Of a DNA stretch of 64,000 nt, positions 10,076 to 19,547 are shown in pieces (position 1 is the stretch's first letter; every line of letters begins with the position of its first letter). This DNA comes from an uncultured Nitrososphaerota archaeon (GTDB lineage: Archaea > Thermoproteota > Nitrososphaeria > Nitrososphaerales > Gagatemarchaeaceae): NCBI GenBank assembly GCA_963838925.1, contig CAWISW010000001.1, forward strand, positions 192,001 to 256,000. The letters are read 5' to 3'. A program made the translations under genes and the position numbers. A model generated the notes under the pieces. That model was not told the origin of the DNA and did not search any database. It worked only from the letters and a program-made list of their open reading frames with translations.

Positions 10076-11113
10076 GTGAAGGGCGGGGACGACGTGCTGC
10101 TCGACGTCGAGCACCTAGTGAAGTTCTTCCAGGTGAGGCGGAGCTTCTCCGAGTCCCTCCGGGGTGGCAAGGCCCCCGTCGTACACGCGGTCGACGGCGT
10201 GAGCTTCTCCGTGAGGAAGGGGAGGATCATGGGCCTTGCAGGCGAGAGCGGGTCCGGCAAGACCACCGTCATACGCCTCCTGCTGAAGCTCACGGAGCCT
10301 ACTTCTGGCTCCGTCTTCTTCAAGGGGGTAGACCTCTCCAAGGCGACGAAGAAGGAGATGAAGAAGTTCAGGCCCAAGCTCCAGGTAGTCTTCCAAGACC
10401 CCTACGAGTCCGTGAACCCTCGCATGAACGTCTTCGACATCGTCTCCGAGGGACTGTTCGTCAACGACCTCGTCTCGTCGCGCGAGGAGGCCGAGAAGAA
10501 GGTCATCCAGGCGCTCGGGGACGTGCAGATCGTCCCGCCCGAGGAGTATCTCTTCCGCTACCCACACGAGCTCTCAGGGGGGCAACGCCAGAGGGTCGCC
10601 ATCGCGAGGGCGCTCGTCCTTGACCCGGAGATCATCCTCGCCGACGAGCCGGTCTCGATGCTCGACGTCTCCATCCGGGCGGAGGTCATCAACGTCCTCC
10701 TGGCGATAAGGGAGAAGCGTGGCATCTCGATACTGATGGTCACCCACGACCTCGCCCTCGCGAAGGACATCGTCGACGACCTCGCCATAATGTACCTCGG
10801 AAAGATAGTCGAGAGCGGGCTCGCAGAGGCGGTCGTGGGAGAGTCCTACCACCCATACACCCAGGCGCTGATAGCGGCCGTCCCAGTCCCGGACCCGGGA
10901 GGCCCCCAGATCAAGGTCCTCGCGACCGGCGAGATACCCACCAACATCTCGCCTCCGAGCGGCTGCCGGTTTCACACGCGCTGCCGCTTCGCGCAGCAGG
11001 TGTGTACGGATACCGAGCCGCCCCTCGCCGAGGTGACCCCCGGACACCTGGTCGCATGCCACTTTTGGGAGCTCGCCCGCAAGACGTTCCAGGACGAGTA
11101 CTCTTCGAGGTGA
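10076..11113 (+). CDS. Peptide ABC transporter ATP-binding protein (OppF/DppF)
   Basis: GESGSGKT, LSGGQRQR, ADEPVSMLD; GTG 9 nt after GGAGGA. Confidence 0.95.
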   Translation: MKGGDDVLLDVEHLVKFFQVRRSFSESLRGGKAPVVHAVDGVSFSVRKGRIMGLAGESGSGKTTVIRLLLKLTEPTSGSVFFKGVDLSKATKKEMKKFRPKLQVVFQDPYESVNPRMNVFDIVSEGLFVNDLVSSREEAEKKVIQALGDVQIVPPEEYLFRYPHELSGGQRQRVAIARALVLDPEIILADEPVSMLDVSIRAEVINVLLAIREKRGISILMVTHDLALAKDIVDDLAIMYLGKIVESGLAEAVVGESYHPYTQALIAAVPVPDPGGPQIKVLATGEIPTNISPPSGCRFHTRCRFAQQVCTDTEPPLAEVTPGHLVACHFWELARKTFQDEYSSR

Positions 11114-11940
11114 GGGTACGGACGAGACCCCTTCGCGCCCGAAATGGGGCGGTAGCTGCCCTGGCGATCGCCGCGCTGCTGGTCACCTCCTTCACCCCTC
11201 GCGACGCGTGGGCGAGGACGGTCGGAGTCCAGGCGAACGACTCGCTCGTCTTCGACTACACCGTCTTCACGACCTACGCGACCCCCAACGGGAACCAGAG
11301 CTCGACGCAGAACAACCAGCTGGGCCTCACGGTGCTCTGGACCGACACGACCAAGCCCCAGGGGGTGGTCGCGTACTCCGAGACGATCACCGAGGTCAAC
11401 GGCACACAGGTGAGTGCGCCGACTGCGGCGCAGAACACCACCACGATCCTCGACCCCTACGACAACGACACGTACCTCGGGAACATAGGCTTCTACCCCT
11501 TCACCTACACCGACCTCAAGCCGGGCTCCGCAAACGACCTCAGCGTGTCCCTCGCCGTAGCGGGGACGCCGAGCGGGACGCTCACCGGGGTGCAGGAGGT
11601 CAACGCCACGGTCGGCAGGGAGTCTGGCCTCATCAGCGTGAACTTCACGATCTTCGCGACGGGGTCCGAGCCACCGTCCCAGACGGTGCTCCTATACAAC
11701 GACACCACGGGAGTGCTCACCCAGGGGATAACGTACACCCACTTCTTCAACGTGGAGAAGAACTTCATCTACAAGCTGGTGAGCTTCGGGCATGCGCCCA
11801 CCGGGATCTTCAACCCAAACGTCCAGATACTGATAGTCGCTGCAGTGATAGTCGTGGCAGCGGTGGCGACCGTATGGAGGGTCACATCCGCGCGGGAGAA
11901 GGGGAAGTTCTCGAAGGCGAGGAAGAAGATGGGAAGATGA
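11110..11940 (+). CDS. Hypothetical secreted, C-terminally anchored surface protein
   Basis: GTGA overlap with oppF stop; signal peptide, Thr/Asn-rich body, C-terminal TM plus basic tail. Confidence 0.7.
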   Translation: MRVRTRPLRARNGAVAALAIAALLVTSFTPRDAWARTVGVQANDSLVFDYTVFTTYATPNGNQSSTQNNQLGLTVLWTDTTKPQGVVAYSETITEVNGTQVSAPTAAQNTTTILDPYDNDTYLGNIGFYPFTYTDLKPGSANDLSVSLAVAGTPSGTLTGVQEVNATVGRESGLISVNFTIFATGSEPPSQTVLLYNDTTGVLTQGITYTHFFNVEKNFIYKLVSFGHAPTGIFNPNVQILIVAAVIVVAAVATVWRVTSAREKGKFSKARKKMGR

Positions 11941-11971
11941 GCGCGGGCGCCGGAGGAGCGAGGTAACAGGC

Positions 11972-12493
11972 ATGTTCCCGAGCGTACCCGGGAGGAAGAG
12001 GGCCAGGCCCTCGCTCCCGAGCGTGGGGCTCTCCCTCGTCATCGCGGTCGCGGCGCTCTACCTTGTGGTGTACCTGTTCGAGGGGTCCGCCTACGTGCCG
12101 ATCTCAGTCGCCCTCCTCATGGCGGCGGGGGTCTACCTCTACCGGTCTAGGAGGCTCAGGAAGCGGCTCCCTTCGCCCCACGGCGACGCCCTGCCGGAGA
12201 CGATAGGGGCAAGGCACATGGCCAGGACGGGGCTCCTGATGGTCGTGGGCGGGCTCGCCTTCGTCGTGCTTCCGCTCGCATCGGTCTTCTTCCTTCCCAT
12301 ACTCTTCTTCATACTCTACCTCGCGCTTCCATTGGGGATCTCGCTCGCCGAGGTGCTCCAGTTCGCGTGGATATCGCGCATCGAGGCAAAGGCTGGGGCC
12401 GAGGTCTACTCAATCACGGAGGAGACCGAGCTCGAAGGCAAGCCAGCGCTCGTAAAGACGACGGTGCTCATCCCCCGGGACGCACCGAGTTGA
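11972..12493 (+). CDS. Hypothetical membrane protein (4 TM)
   Basis: SD GAGGT before ATG; four hydrophobic segments. Confidence 0.65.
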   Translation: MFPSVPGRKRARPSLPSVGLSLVIAVAALYLVVYLFEGSAYVPISVALLMAAGVYLYRSRRLRKRLPSPHGDALPETIGARHMARTGLLMVVGGLAFVVLPLASVFFLPILFFILYLALPLGISLAEVLQFAWISRIEAKAGAEVYSITEETELEGKPALVKTTVLIPRDAPS

Positions 12494-13188
12494 GAGCGAA
12501 GACCCCGAGAGCGAAGGTCGCCGCAAAGGCGAAACTCCGCACAGGGGCGGCTAAAGGGCGCCGTCGCATCCCTCGCGCGATGAAGGTCCGCACCCTCGAC
12601 GTCCCGCTCCCCTCCGTAGAGACGCTAGAGGCGCGCCTCGCTGCGAGGCTCGGGTCGAAGAGCGCGGCAGAGCGCGCGATCCTCCAGGTCGCCGGGGAGC
12701 TGGGAATCCCCGAGGGCGCGCCCCGTAGTGTCTCGGCGGCCCTAGCCCTGACAAAGATGGGGGACGACCCGGGCCGGATCGCGAGCTCCCTTGAATGGAG
12801 CGAGTTCGAGCAATACTGCGCGATGGCGGTCTCCGCGGCGGGCTACACCGTCCGGAGGAACGTGCGCATGCTGAAGCCCACTCGCCAGATCGACATAGTC
12901 GCGGAGTCGCCTTCCCTTGTGCTCTCGATCGACTGCAAGCACTGGAAGAGGAGCGGGGGTGCCGGGCTCCTCGCCGCGCCAGCGGCCGCGCAGCTCGAGA
13001 GGACGAGGATGTTCGCGAAGGCCATGAGGCCGGGCGAAGAGAGGCCTCTCCTGCCCGTGCTTCTCACTCTGTTGGACAACCGGGTGCGACTGTTGGGCGG
13101 CGTGCCCGTCGTCCCGCTCCAGGCCCTAAGGGAGTTCCTCGCCTCGGTGAGCAGGTTCGATGATGGCCTGGCCTTCGTCACCGCCTAG
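12490..13188 (+). CDS. Mrr-like/NERD PD-(D/E)xK restriction endonuclease domain protein (start TTG 12490 or ATG 12580)
   Basis: LEWSEFEQYC...QIDIVA...SIDCKHW motif. Confidence 0.75.
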   Translation: MRAKTPRAKVAAKAKLRTGAAKGRRRIPRAMKVRTLDVPLPSVETLEARLAARLGSKSAAERAILQVAGELGIPEGAPRSVSAALALTKMGDDPGRIASSLEWSEFEQYCAMAVSAAGYTVRRNVRMLKPTRQIDIVAESPSLVLSIDCKHWKRSGGAGLLAAPAAAQLERTRMFAKAMRPGEERPLLPVLLTLLDNRVRLLGGVPVVPLQALREFLASVSRFDDGLAFVTA

Positions 13189-13339
13189 CCAGAGGAGTTG
13201 TCTTGGCGTCTCAGTCAAATGCCTTCAGGTCATATGGTGTATCCGTAACTCTGTTACTTCATAGACGCCGTTGCTTTAGAGATGCCCGAGGGTATTAAAG
13301 ATAGGCAGCCCGTCGTCCGGTTCCTCGGTCCTGACAACA

Positions 13340-13915
13340 TTGGTGCTTCACACAGGGAAGAAGGCGATAAGGGCGCTGGGCGTCGCCGAGAGCTTCCGCC
13401 CTTCGGCGAGCAAGTCCACCCTCGCTGGAGTGGTGATGCGGACGGACCTCGTGGTGGACGGGTTCGCCTTCGGCGCCGTGACCGTGGGTGGGAACGACGC
13501 GACGGCCGCCGTCCTGAGGCTCTACCGGCGGCTGAAGCGCGACGACGTCAACCTGATCATCCTGTCGGGCTGCATAATCAGCCGCTACAACATCATCGAC
13601 GTGGACGAGCTGGCGCGCCGCTCTGGGCTCCCAGTGATATGCCTCACGTACAACGAGTCGAGGGGCATAGAGGGCGCGATCAGGGCTCACTTCGACGACC
13701 CGGAGGACAGGATCGAGAGATACAGGAGGCTAGGGAAGCGTTCCACCATCACGCTGCGCACGGGCTACAGGGCTTACGTCAGAAGCGCGCACATAACGGA
13801 GGAGGACGCGAAGACCGTGCTCGACTCCTTCACGCTCCAGGGAGGCTTCCCCGAGCCGGTGAGGCTCGCGAAGCTCCTCGCCAGGTCGGCGTCGAGCCTG
13901 AAGCTGAAGGCCTAG
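13340..13915 (+). CDS. DUF99 family (endonuclease V-like) protein
   Basis: IRALGVAESF, VTVGGNDAT, FPEPVRLA. Confidence 0.85.
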   Translation: MVLHTGKKAIRALGVAESFRPSASKSTLAGVVMRTDLVVDGFAFGAVTVGGNDATAAVLRLYRRLKRDDVNLIILSGCIISRYNIIDVDELARRSGLPVICLTYNESRGIEGAIRAHFDDPEDRIERYRRLGKRSTITLRTGYRAYVRSAHITEEDAKTVLDSFTLQGGFPEPVRLAKLLARSASSLKLKA

Positions 13916-14775
13916 CCTGCCTTTACTATTATCGTGCCCTTCATCCAGCCGTGAAGGCTGCAGATGTAGTGGTACGTCCCGGGGACTGTCAGTGTCTGAG
14001 TGAAGGTCCCGTTCGGCGCGATGATGTCGGAGTTGGAGGTCCCCGCCCCGCTCGGCACCGTCGTGAATGTCACGGTGTGCGCTGCGACGTCGTCGTTCGT
14101 CCAGACTATCGTGTTGTTGACTCCCACCACGACCGTCGCGTTGTCCGGCCCGAACCCGGGCGACGTCTGGTCGGCCGATGCCCCCTTCAGGATCGATACC
14201 GCGAACCCGTGCGCCGGGAAGGCGCTGCTCTGGGTCGCGGCATTGCTGGTAGACGAGGAGGACGCAGAGGACGAGCTCCCGCTGCTACCGGACCCCGCAA
14301 GCACGATTATCTTGCCCACCATGGTCGTCGGGTGGACGACGCAGTAGTAGGCGTACGTGCCAGGAGAGGTCAGGGTGAATGGTCCCTTGGTGGTCCCGAA
14401 GCCTATCACTCCCGTGTCGAACGGGCAAGGCAGTCCGGACTGCGCGCACGTGTCGGCGGTCAAAGAGTGAAAGACGCCCCCGCTCTGGGAGTCGTTGTTG
14501 AGCACCTGGAACGTGTTGTTCACGCCTATCACGAGCGTGACCACGTCCGGGGAGTAGGCCGTCGTCGTCAGAGTCGCGGCCCCGGGGTTGATGGCGATCG
14601 TGATGCAGCTTGGAGGCGCGCAGCCCGACGCTCCAGATGAGGTCGACGAAGTGCTCGTGCTGCACGATGACGAGGTGCAGTAGACGAACTGGTAGTATCC
14701 CACGGAGGTCACAGCAATCACTATTATCACCGCTATTGCCAAGGCGACGCCGACCGAACCCTTCGGCTGACTCAT
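13912..14775 (-). CDS. Membrane-anchored di-domain cupredoxin (plastocyanin/blue copper protein)
   Basis: Two type-1 Cu ligand sets: FHSLT...YYCVVHPTTM and AHTVT...YICSLHGWM; N-terminal TM; Ser-rich linkers. Confidence 0.9.
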   Translation of the reverse strand: MSQPKGSVGVALAIAVIIVIAVTSVGYYQFVYCTSSSCSTSTSSTSSGASGCAPPSCITIAINPGAATLTTTAYSPDVVTLVIGVNNTFQVLNNDSQSGGVFHSLTADTCAQSGLPCPFDTGVIGFGTTKGPFTLTSPGTYAYYCVVHPTTMVGKIIVLAGSGSSGSSSSASSSSTSNAATQSSAFPAHGFAVSILKGASADQTSPGFGPDNATVVVGVNNTIVWTNDDVAAHTVTFTTVPSGAGTSNSDIIAPNGTFTQTLTVPGTYHYICSLHGWMKGTIIVKAG

Positions 14776-14979
14776 TGCTTGATGCAGGTGTCGCGAATCG
14801 AGGGGTAATAAAATTTTAACGGGCGCTGTAAGCTTAAAAACGGCATTCGAGTGTGGTTCAACCCGGCAGCAATAGTATTGTTAGCTATGACGACGAATGA
14901 CGTAGCTGGCGTGAAAGGGCCCGGTTCCACTATCGGGGCGAGCGGGTGGGCACCAACGTTCTCGAGGGTTGCGATCTAG

Positions 14980-15789
14980 ATGTCAGAGAAGCTCACTAAC
15001 AGCACCGCGCCGCCCGCGCCCCCTGCCCCCCCGCCGCGTCCAGCAGCCTCGCCCCCGAAGCAGAGCAGGAGGAGGTTCCTCACCCTGTTCGCAGTCGTCG
15101 GGGGACTATTGACGCTCGTCCCATGGGTGCCGAACCTCGGCAACTACCTCTCGGCGTCAGTCAGCGGCGCGTCTTCCCTCTCGAAGAACGCTACCATTGT
15201 TCTAGACAACAACACCTCGGAGAACAAGAACGCGGCAGGGAAGACGGTCAACGTCAACGACCTCACGACCTTCCCCCCGAACAGCCATTGGGTCATGACC
15301 TACCCGTCCTCGGGAGACCCCAACCTCGACGGGCAGAACCCCAACACGTTCGTAAAGTTCGAGCTGATCAGGCTGCCCTCGGAGCTGGGCGGCGCCAACA
15401 AGGACGCGAGCGCCTTCGTCGCGTTCAGCAAGGTGTGCGTCCACCTCTGGTGCAGCCCCAACTACAACCCCACGCAGTGCTCGGACGCCAACGAGAACGG
15501 CTACTCCTCCGCTGCAGGATGCGCCACCCACGAGCTCTACGAGTGCCCGTGCCACGGGAGCGGGTACTCTGTCGGAGCGGATGGCAAGGCGGTAGGGGTC
15601 GCCACGCTCGGCCCTGCCTCGGTGCAGCCAGCCCCGACCAACGCGATCCCGCTCCTCACGCTAGCGACGGACTCCTCGGGCAACCTCCAGGTCGTCCCCC
15701 CGGTCTGGGACGTGGACCACAACGGAGTCATCGGATACGGGAGGGTCACAGGGAACGGCGCGTTCGTCGGAGGGTACAACCCTCAGTAG
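14980..15789 (+). CDS. Rieske 2Fe-2S protein of a bc-type complex (Tat-exported)
   Basis: SRRRFL Tat motif; CVHLWC and CPCHGS boxes. Confidence 0.93.
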   Translation: MSEKLTNSTAPPAPPAPPPRPAASPPKQSRRRFLTLFAVVGGLLTLVPWVPNLGNYLSASVSGASSLSKNATIVLDNNTSENKNAAGKTVNVNDLTTFPPNSHWVMTYPSSGDPNLDGQNPNTFVKFELIRLPSELGGANKDASAFVAFSKVCVHLWCSPNYNPTQCSDANENGYSSAAGCATHELYECPCHGSGYSVGADGKAVGVATLGPASVQPAPTNAIPLLTLATDSSGNLQVVPPVWDVDHNGVIGYGRVTGNGAFVGGYNPQ

Positions 15790-15807
15790 AATTGGTGATT
15801 TGTGAGC

Positions 15808-17430
15808 TTGTCATCCTCTGACTCTGGCGACGGCAGCAAGCCCGAAGAGCAGAAGAAGCCCTCGATGCCGCCGCCTCCGCCCAGACCGGGCTCGGTTGGC
15901 ACCGCCGGCTCCCCTGCCGCCCCAGGCTCGACGGGGACGAGCGCCGTGCCGCCCGCTCCCAGGCCTGGCGTGCCGATGGCCCCGACTCCGCCGCGCCCGG
16001 CCGGAGCCGCCCCCATGGCGCCGATGGCTCCCAGAGCCCCAAGCGCGCCCTCTGCCGCAGCAAAGCCTCCAGCGCCCCCTCCTAACATGATAGTCAAGCT
16101 CTGGAACTTCATCGTCGGCAGGTTCGAGAGGACTGTCTTCTTCGGACTGAAGTTCACCTTCCCCAAGAAGTTCGTGAGCCCGCTGGGCTTCCTCGGCGTA
16201 CTCACGGGGATGGTCTTCCTGCTGCTGGGCATAACCGGCGGCCTCCTCATGATCTACTATGAGCCCACCCTTCCGGGGTGCGGCAACTTCTCGTGCGCGT
16301 TCACCAGCGTCGCGAACATCACCAACACGGTCCCCTACGGCTGGTTCCTGAGGGACATCCACTACACGGCGTCGAACGCGATGGTCCTCCTGGCGGCCCT
16401 ACACCTCTACTATCAGTACTTCAGCGGGAGGTTCAAGATCAAGAACGAGGTCATCTGGGTGACGGGGATGATCTTCGGCCTCATCACAGTCCTCGAGGCC
16501 TTCACAGGGTACGACATCATCTTCAACCAGAGGGCGGGCCTCGCTATAGAGATAGGTGCTTCCCTGGCCAATTCGTCCCCCTCGATCGGGCCTGTCACTG
16601 GATCGGCGATCCGACTCGCGACCTTCGGGTCCGGGTTCAGCGACTTCATCCTGCGCCTCTTCGCGGCCCACGTCTTCATCCTCCCCATGTTCATGCTCCT
16701 CCTCACATTCTTCCACTTCCCGCGCTACCTCGTCTTCGACCTCCCGGTCGTCGCGTCGGTGATGGGCGGCATATTCGTCATCGGCTCGCTGTTCCCTGTC
16801 CAGCTCGGCACCGCCTACAGCCCGGGCAACGGGCAGCTCACCATCCCAGAGTGGTACCTGACCAGCCTCTACGCCCTCCTCCGCACGGAACTTGACAAGT
16901 TCACGATGGCGGGACTGATCCCCGTCCTCATGCTGCTTATGTTCGCCGTGGTGCCCTTCGTGGACACCTCGAAGAAGATGTCGTGGAAGGAGAGGCCCTT
17001 CTTCGCCGCGCTAGGCATCACCAGCATCGGGCAGGTGCTCGTGACCACCTCCTGGGGCGCGTACGTCAACCCGGACACCTCGCTGAGCACGCTCGCGCGG
17101 CTCTACGTCAATCCGACGGAATACTTCGGCTCCATGCTCATCCTGACGGCCGTCTGCTTCGGCCTCACCTACTCCGTGATCAACTTCCTCAACGCCAAGG
17201 AGAAGGTCAGGAAGGCGCTGAACCCGACCTCGCTCTCCTTCCTCTCCAGGGAGTGGCTCACCGCGATACTCTTCCTGCTCATCGCCGTCCAGGTGATCAT
17301 GAACATCTTCGCCGTCCAAGCGGTCGGGGCTGGGTTCAACAGCATCGCCCTCTTCGAGCTGGGAGTGATCTTCATCACCTTCTCGGTGATAGTCCACCTC
17401 TACAGATACAGCCAGCAGCTGCCGTTTTGA
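15808..17430 (+). CDS. Cytochrome b of a bc-type complex (start GTG 15802 or TTG 15808)
   Basis: RDIHYTASN, LHLYYQY, AHVFILP, FHFP heme His ligands; PEWY motif. Confidence 0.93.
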   Translation: MSSSDSGDGSKPEEQKKPSMPPPPPRPGSVGTAGSPAAPGSTGTSAVPPAPRPGVPMAPTPPRPAGAAPMAPMAPRAPSAPSAAAKPPAPPPNMIVKLWNFIVGRFERTVFFGLKFTFPKKFVSPLGFLGVLTGMVFLLLGITGGLLMIYYEPTLPGCGNFSCAFTSVANITNTVPYGWFLRDIHYTASNAMVLLAALHLYYQYFSGRFKIKNEVIWVTGMIFGLITVLEAFTGYDIIFNQRAGLAIEIGASLANSSPSIGPVTGSAIRLATFGSGFSDFILRLFAAHVFILPMFMLLLTFFHFPRYLVFDLPVVASVMGGIFVIGSLFPVQLGTAYSPGNGQLTIPEWYLTSLYALLRTELDKFTMAGLIPVLMLLMFAVVPFVDTSKKMSWKERPFFAALGITSIGQVLVTTSWGAYVNPDTSLSTLARLYVNPTEYFGSMLILTAVCFGLTYSVINFLNAKEKVRKALNPTSLSFLSREWLTAILFLLIAVQVIMNIFAVQAVGAGFNSIALFELGVIFITFSVIVHLYRYSQQLPF

Positions 17431-18702
17431 ACTGCCCGCTAGCGCAGCAGGCTTCCTGCTTCAATGAGCAAATATGCTTGTCCTGTGGTGCCTGACAAGT
17501 AGGGATCCGCCCTCAGCACGGGCTCGTTCCAAACCCTTAGCGAGAATATTCCTCGCCGCGTTCACGTCTCTGTCGATTGCAAGACCGCAGTGTTCGCAAT
17601 TGTGCACTCGTTGACTGAGTGTCTTGTGAGCCATTTCCCCGCAACTAGAACATTTCTGCGAAGTGCCGCTTGGGTCGACGAGAATGACCCGTCCTCCACG
17701 CCTTTCCGCCTTTGAAGCGGTCAAGTCGCGGAGCATTCCCCAACCGGACTCCATTATTGCTCTAGCGAGATTAGGATTCCTAACCATTCGGCGAATTTTC
17801 AGATTCTCGAAAACAATCGTGTGGTTGTTTCTCGTCAGTTCATCCGACAGTTTCTCAAGGAAGTCTTTCCTTTGCCGTCGCAAGGTTCTCCATGCCTTGG
17901 AGAGAAGAGTCCTCGTCTTCTCTCGGTTTCTCGAACCGCGATTCTTGCGAGATAAGCGACGTTGCAAGTGAAGGATCCTGTTTGCCGAAGTCTGAAGACA
18001 AGAAGGTTGTTGAACCGAGGTTCCGTTGCTCAGAGTAGCTAGGTTCGAGATTCCGAGGTCGACGCCTATTGCTCCCTCGCCGCACGGCCTTCTGATTGGG
18101 GATTCTTTCACGAGAACCGCAATAAACCACTGGTCGATGTCCCGAATGATGGTTGCCCTCTTGAGGCTGCCCCCGATAGCGCAACACGGTCTGACTTTGA
18201 TTCTGCCGATCTTGCTCAGAATGACATGATTGTGCTCCAGCTTGAAACCCATCTGTGGGTAGGTGAAAGAGTTGTAACGCGCTTTCCTCTTGAATTTGGG
18301 GTGTTTGATTAGGCCACAATGGAATGACATGAACACTCTCCAGCCTCCAAACGACATCCTGCAAGACCTGAGCGTATACTTGTTTGAGGAACTTGTTGCT
18401 CTCCTTACGGATTGGAAGAGATCTCTTTTGCTCGAAGTAACTAGAGTGGGTGGTTATTCTGTCTGAAAGTAAGTCGTTGTAGAGGCGGCGACATGTTTCA
18501 ACGGTCTCCTCAAGGGTTCTCTGTTGCACTTCGTTCGGGTATAGCCGAAACATGAAGGTTAGCGTAGCGACTCATTCTCCGCCGAATCTAGTTGGGGAGC
18601 ATAGGATGCAAACGAATGCGGGTCGACGGTTCTTGTTGTCTTTAGTAGAGGAGTCGTGTTGTTAGAACTCGAATTAGGATATAAGCGCCCATCCGCGCCA
18701 CG
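17427..18702 (-). mobile_element. IS200/IS605-family (IS1341-like, tnpB-only) insertion flanked by a 12-bp direct repeat
   Basis: Lower GC; tnpB; right end GAAGCAGGAAGCC..GGGCAGTTCAA (minus strand) ends at 17427; GCAGCTGCCGTT at 17415-17426 and 18703-18714; no tnpA. Confidence 0.8.
17461..18553 (-). pseudogene. tnpB: TnpB RNA-guided endonuclease, frameshifted near 18336-18341
   Basis: N-part FRLYP...CRRLYN in one frame; RuvC GVDLG, VFENL, DRDVNAA and Zn finger CSSC/CEHC in another; restoring an AG dinucleotide in CTGGAGAGTG joins them. Confidence 0.88.
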
Positions 18703-18714
18703 GCAGCTGCCGTT

Positions 18715-19512
18715 CTAGGGCGACTCTAGGTCGGCGCAGAGCTCAAAGTACCTCGGCCCTATGGCCCTCACGCGCCTTACCGCCCCGACGGAGAGCCCCT
18801 GGGCGATCGTGCCGAGTTCCTTCCTGAGGTTGCTCTCGGACTCGGCCTCGTCCCTCCCGGTCATGTGCCTATAGTAGTGGACGACGCCCTTCGGGGCCAG
18901 CATCGAGAGGGCCGCCGGGAGGAAGAGGTTCGATTGCGACGGGTGGGGCATGAGGATTCTGTCGAATGGCCCCTCGCCCTCTAGCTCCTCGGGGAGGAGC
19001 ATGGCGTCGCCCTCTATCATCTCGATCCTGTCCTCGACCTTGTTCAGCTTGTTGTTCTCAAGGTGGTACCTGAACGCGGCGTCGTTGAGCTCGCAGCTCC
19101 AGACCCTCGTCTTCTTCGCTATGAGTATGGAGTAGGGCCCCACGCCAGCGAACATGTTCAGGACCTTCTCGCCCGCCGCGACCTTCCCGGCTATCCGCAG
19201 CCTCTCAGTCGAGAGGCGGGGGGAGAAGTAGCAGGTCTCGACGTCGAGCTTCAGCCTGAGCCCGTTCTCCTTGTGGAGAGTGGTGGTGCGCTCCTCCCCG
19301 CCCAGGTGGCGGAGCTTGCGAAGGCGGAAGTCGCCCTCGATGCCGCCCTCCTGGCCGTAGACGCACTTCACGCTCTTCATCTCCGAGAGGATCGCCTCCG
19401 CGAGCGCCCCCTCGCTCCCCCCGGCGCCGGGGCGGAGCTTGACTATCGCGATGTCCCCTATCACGTCGATGCCGCTCTCGAAGGACGAGAGCTCGCCCCA
19501 CTTTGAGAGCTT
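18715..19512 (-). CDS. Trm5/Taw2 (Met-10+) family tRNA SAM-dependent transferase; start uncertain (first canonical start GTG 19464)
   Basis: IDVIGDIAIV, YFSPRLSTER, NMFAGVGPY, FDRILMPHP. Confidence 0.88.
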   Translation of the reverse strand, partial: KLSKWGELSSFESGIDVIGDIAIVKLRPGAGGSEGALAEAILSEMKSVKCVYGQEGGIEGDFRLRKLRHLGGEERTTTLHKENGLRLKLDVETCYFSPRLSTERLRIAGKVAAGEKVLNMFAGVGPYSILIAKKTRVWSCELNDAAFRYHLENNKLNKVEDRIEMIEGDAMLLPEELEGEGPFDRILMPHPSQSNLFLPAALSMLAPKGVVHYYRHMTGRDEAESESNLRKELGTIAQGLSVGAVRRVRAIGPRYFELCADLESP

Positions 19513-19547
19513 CGAGCAAGCTCACCCAGGCGCTGACAGAGGAGACG

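Noticed and set aside
14887-14979. 30-codon uORF ending in TAG immediately before the Rieske ATG
   Set aside because: No recognisable features; readily arises by chance in GC-rich DNA
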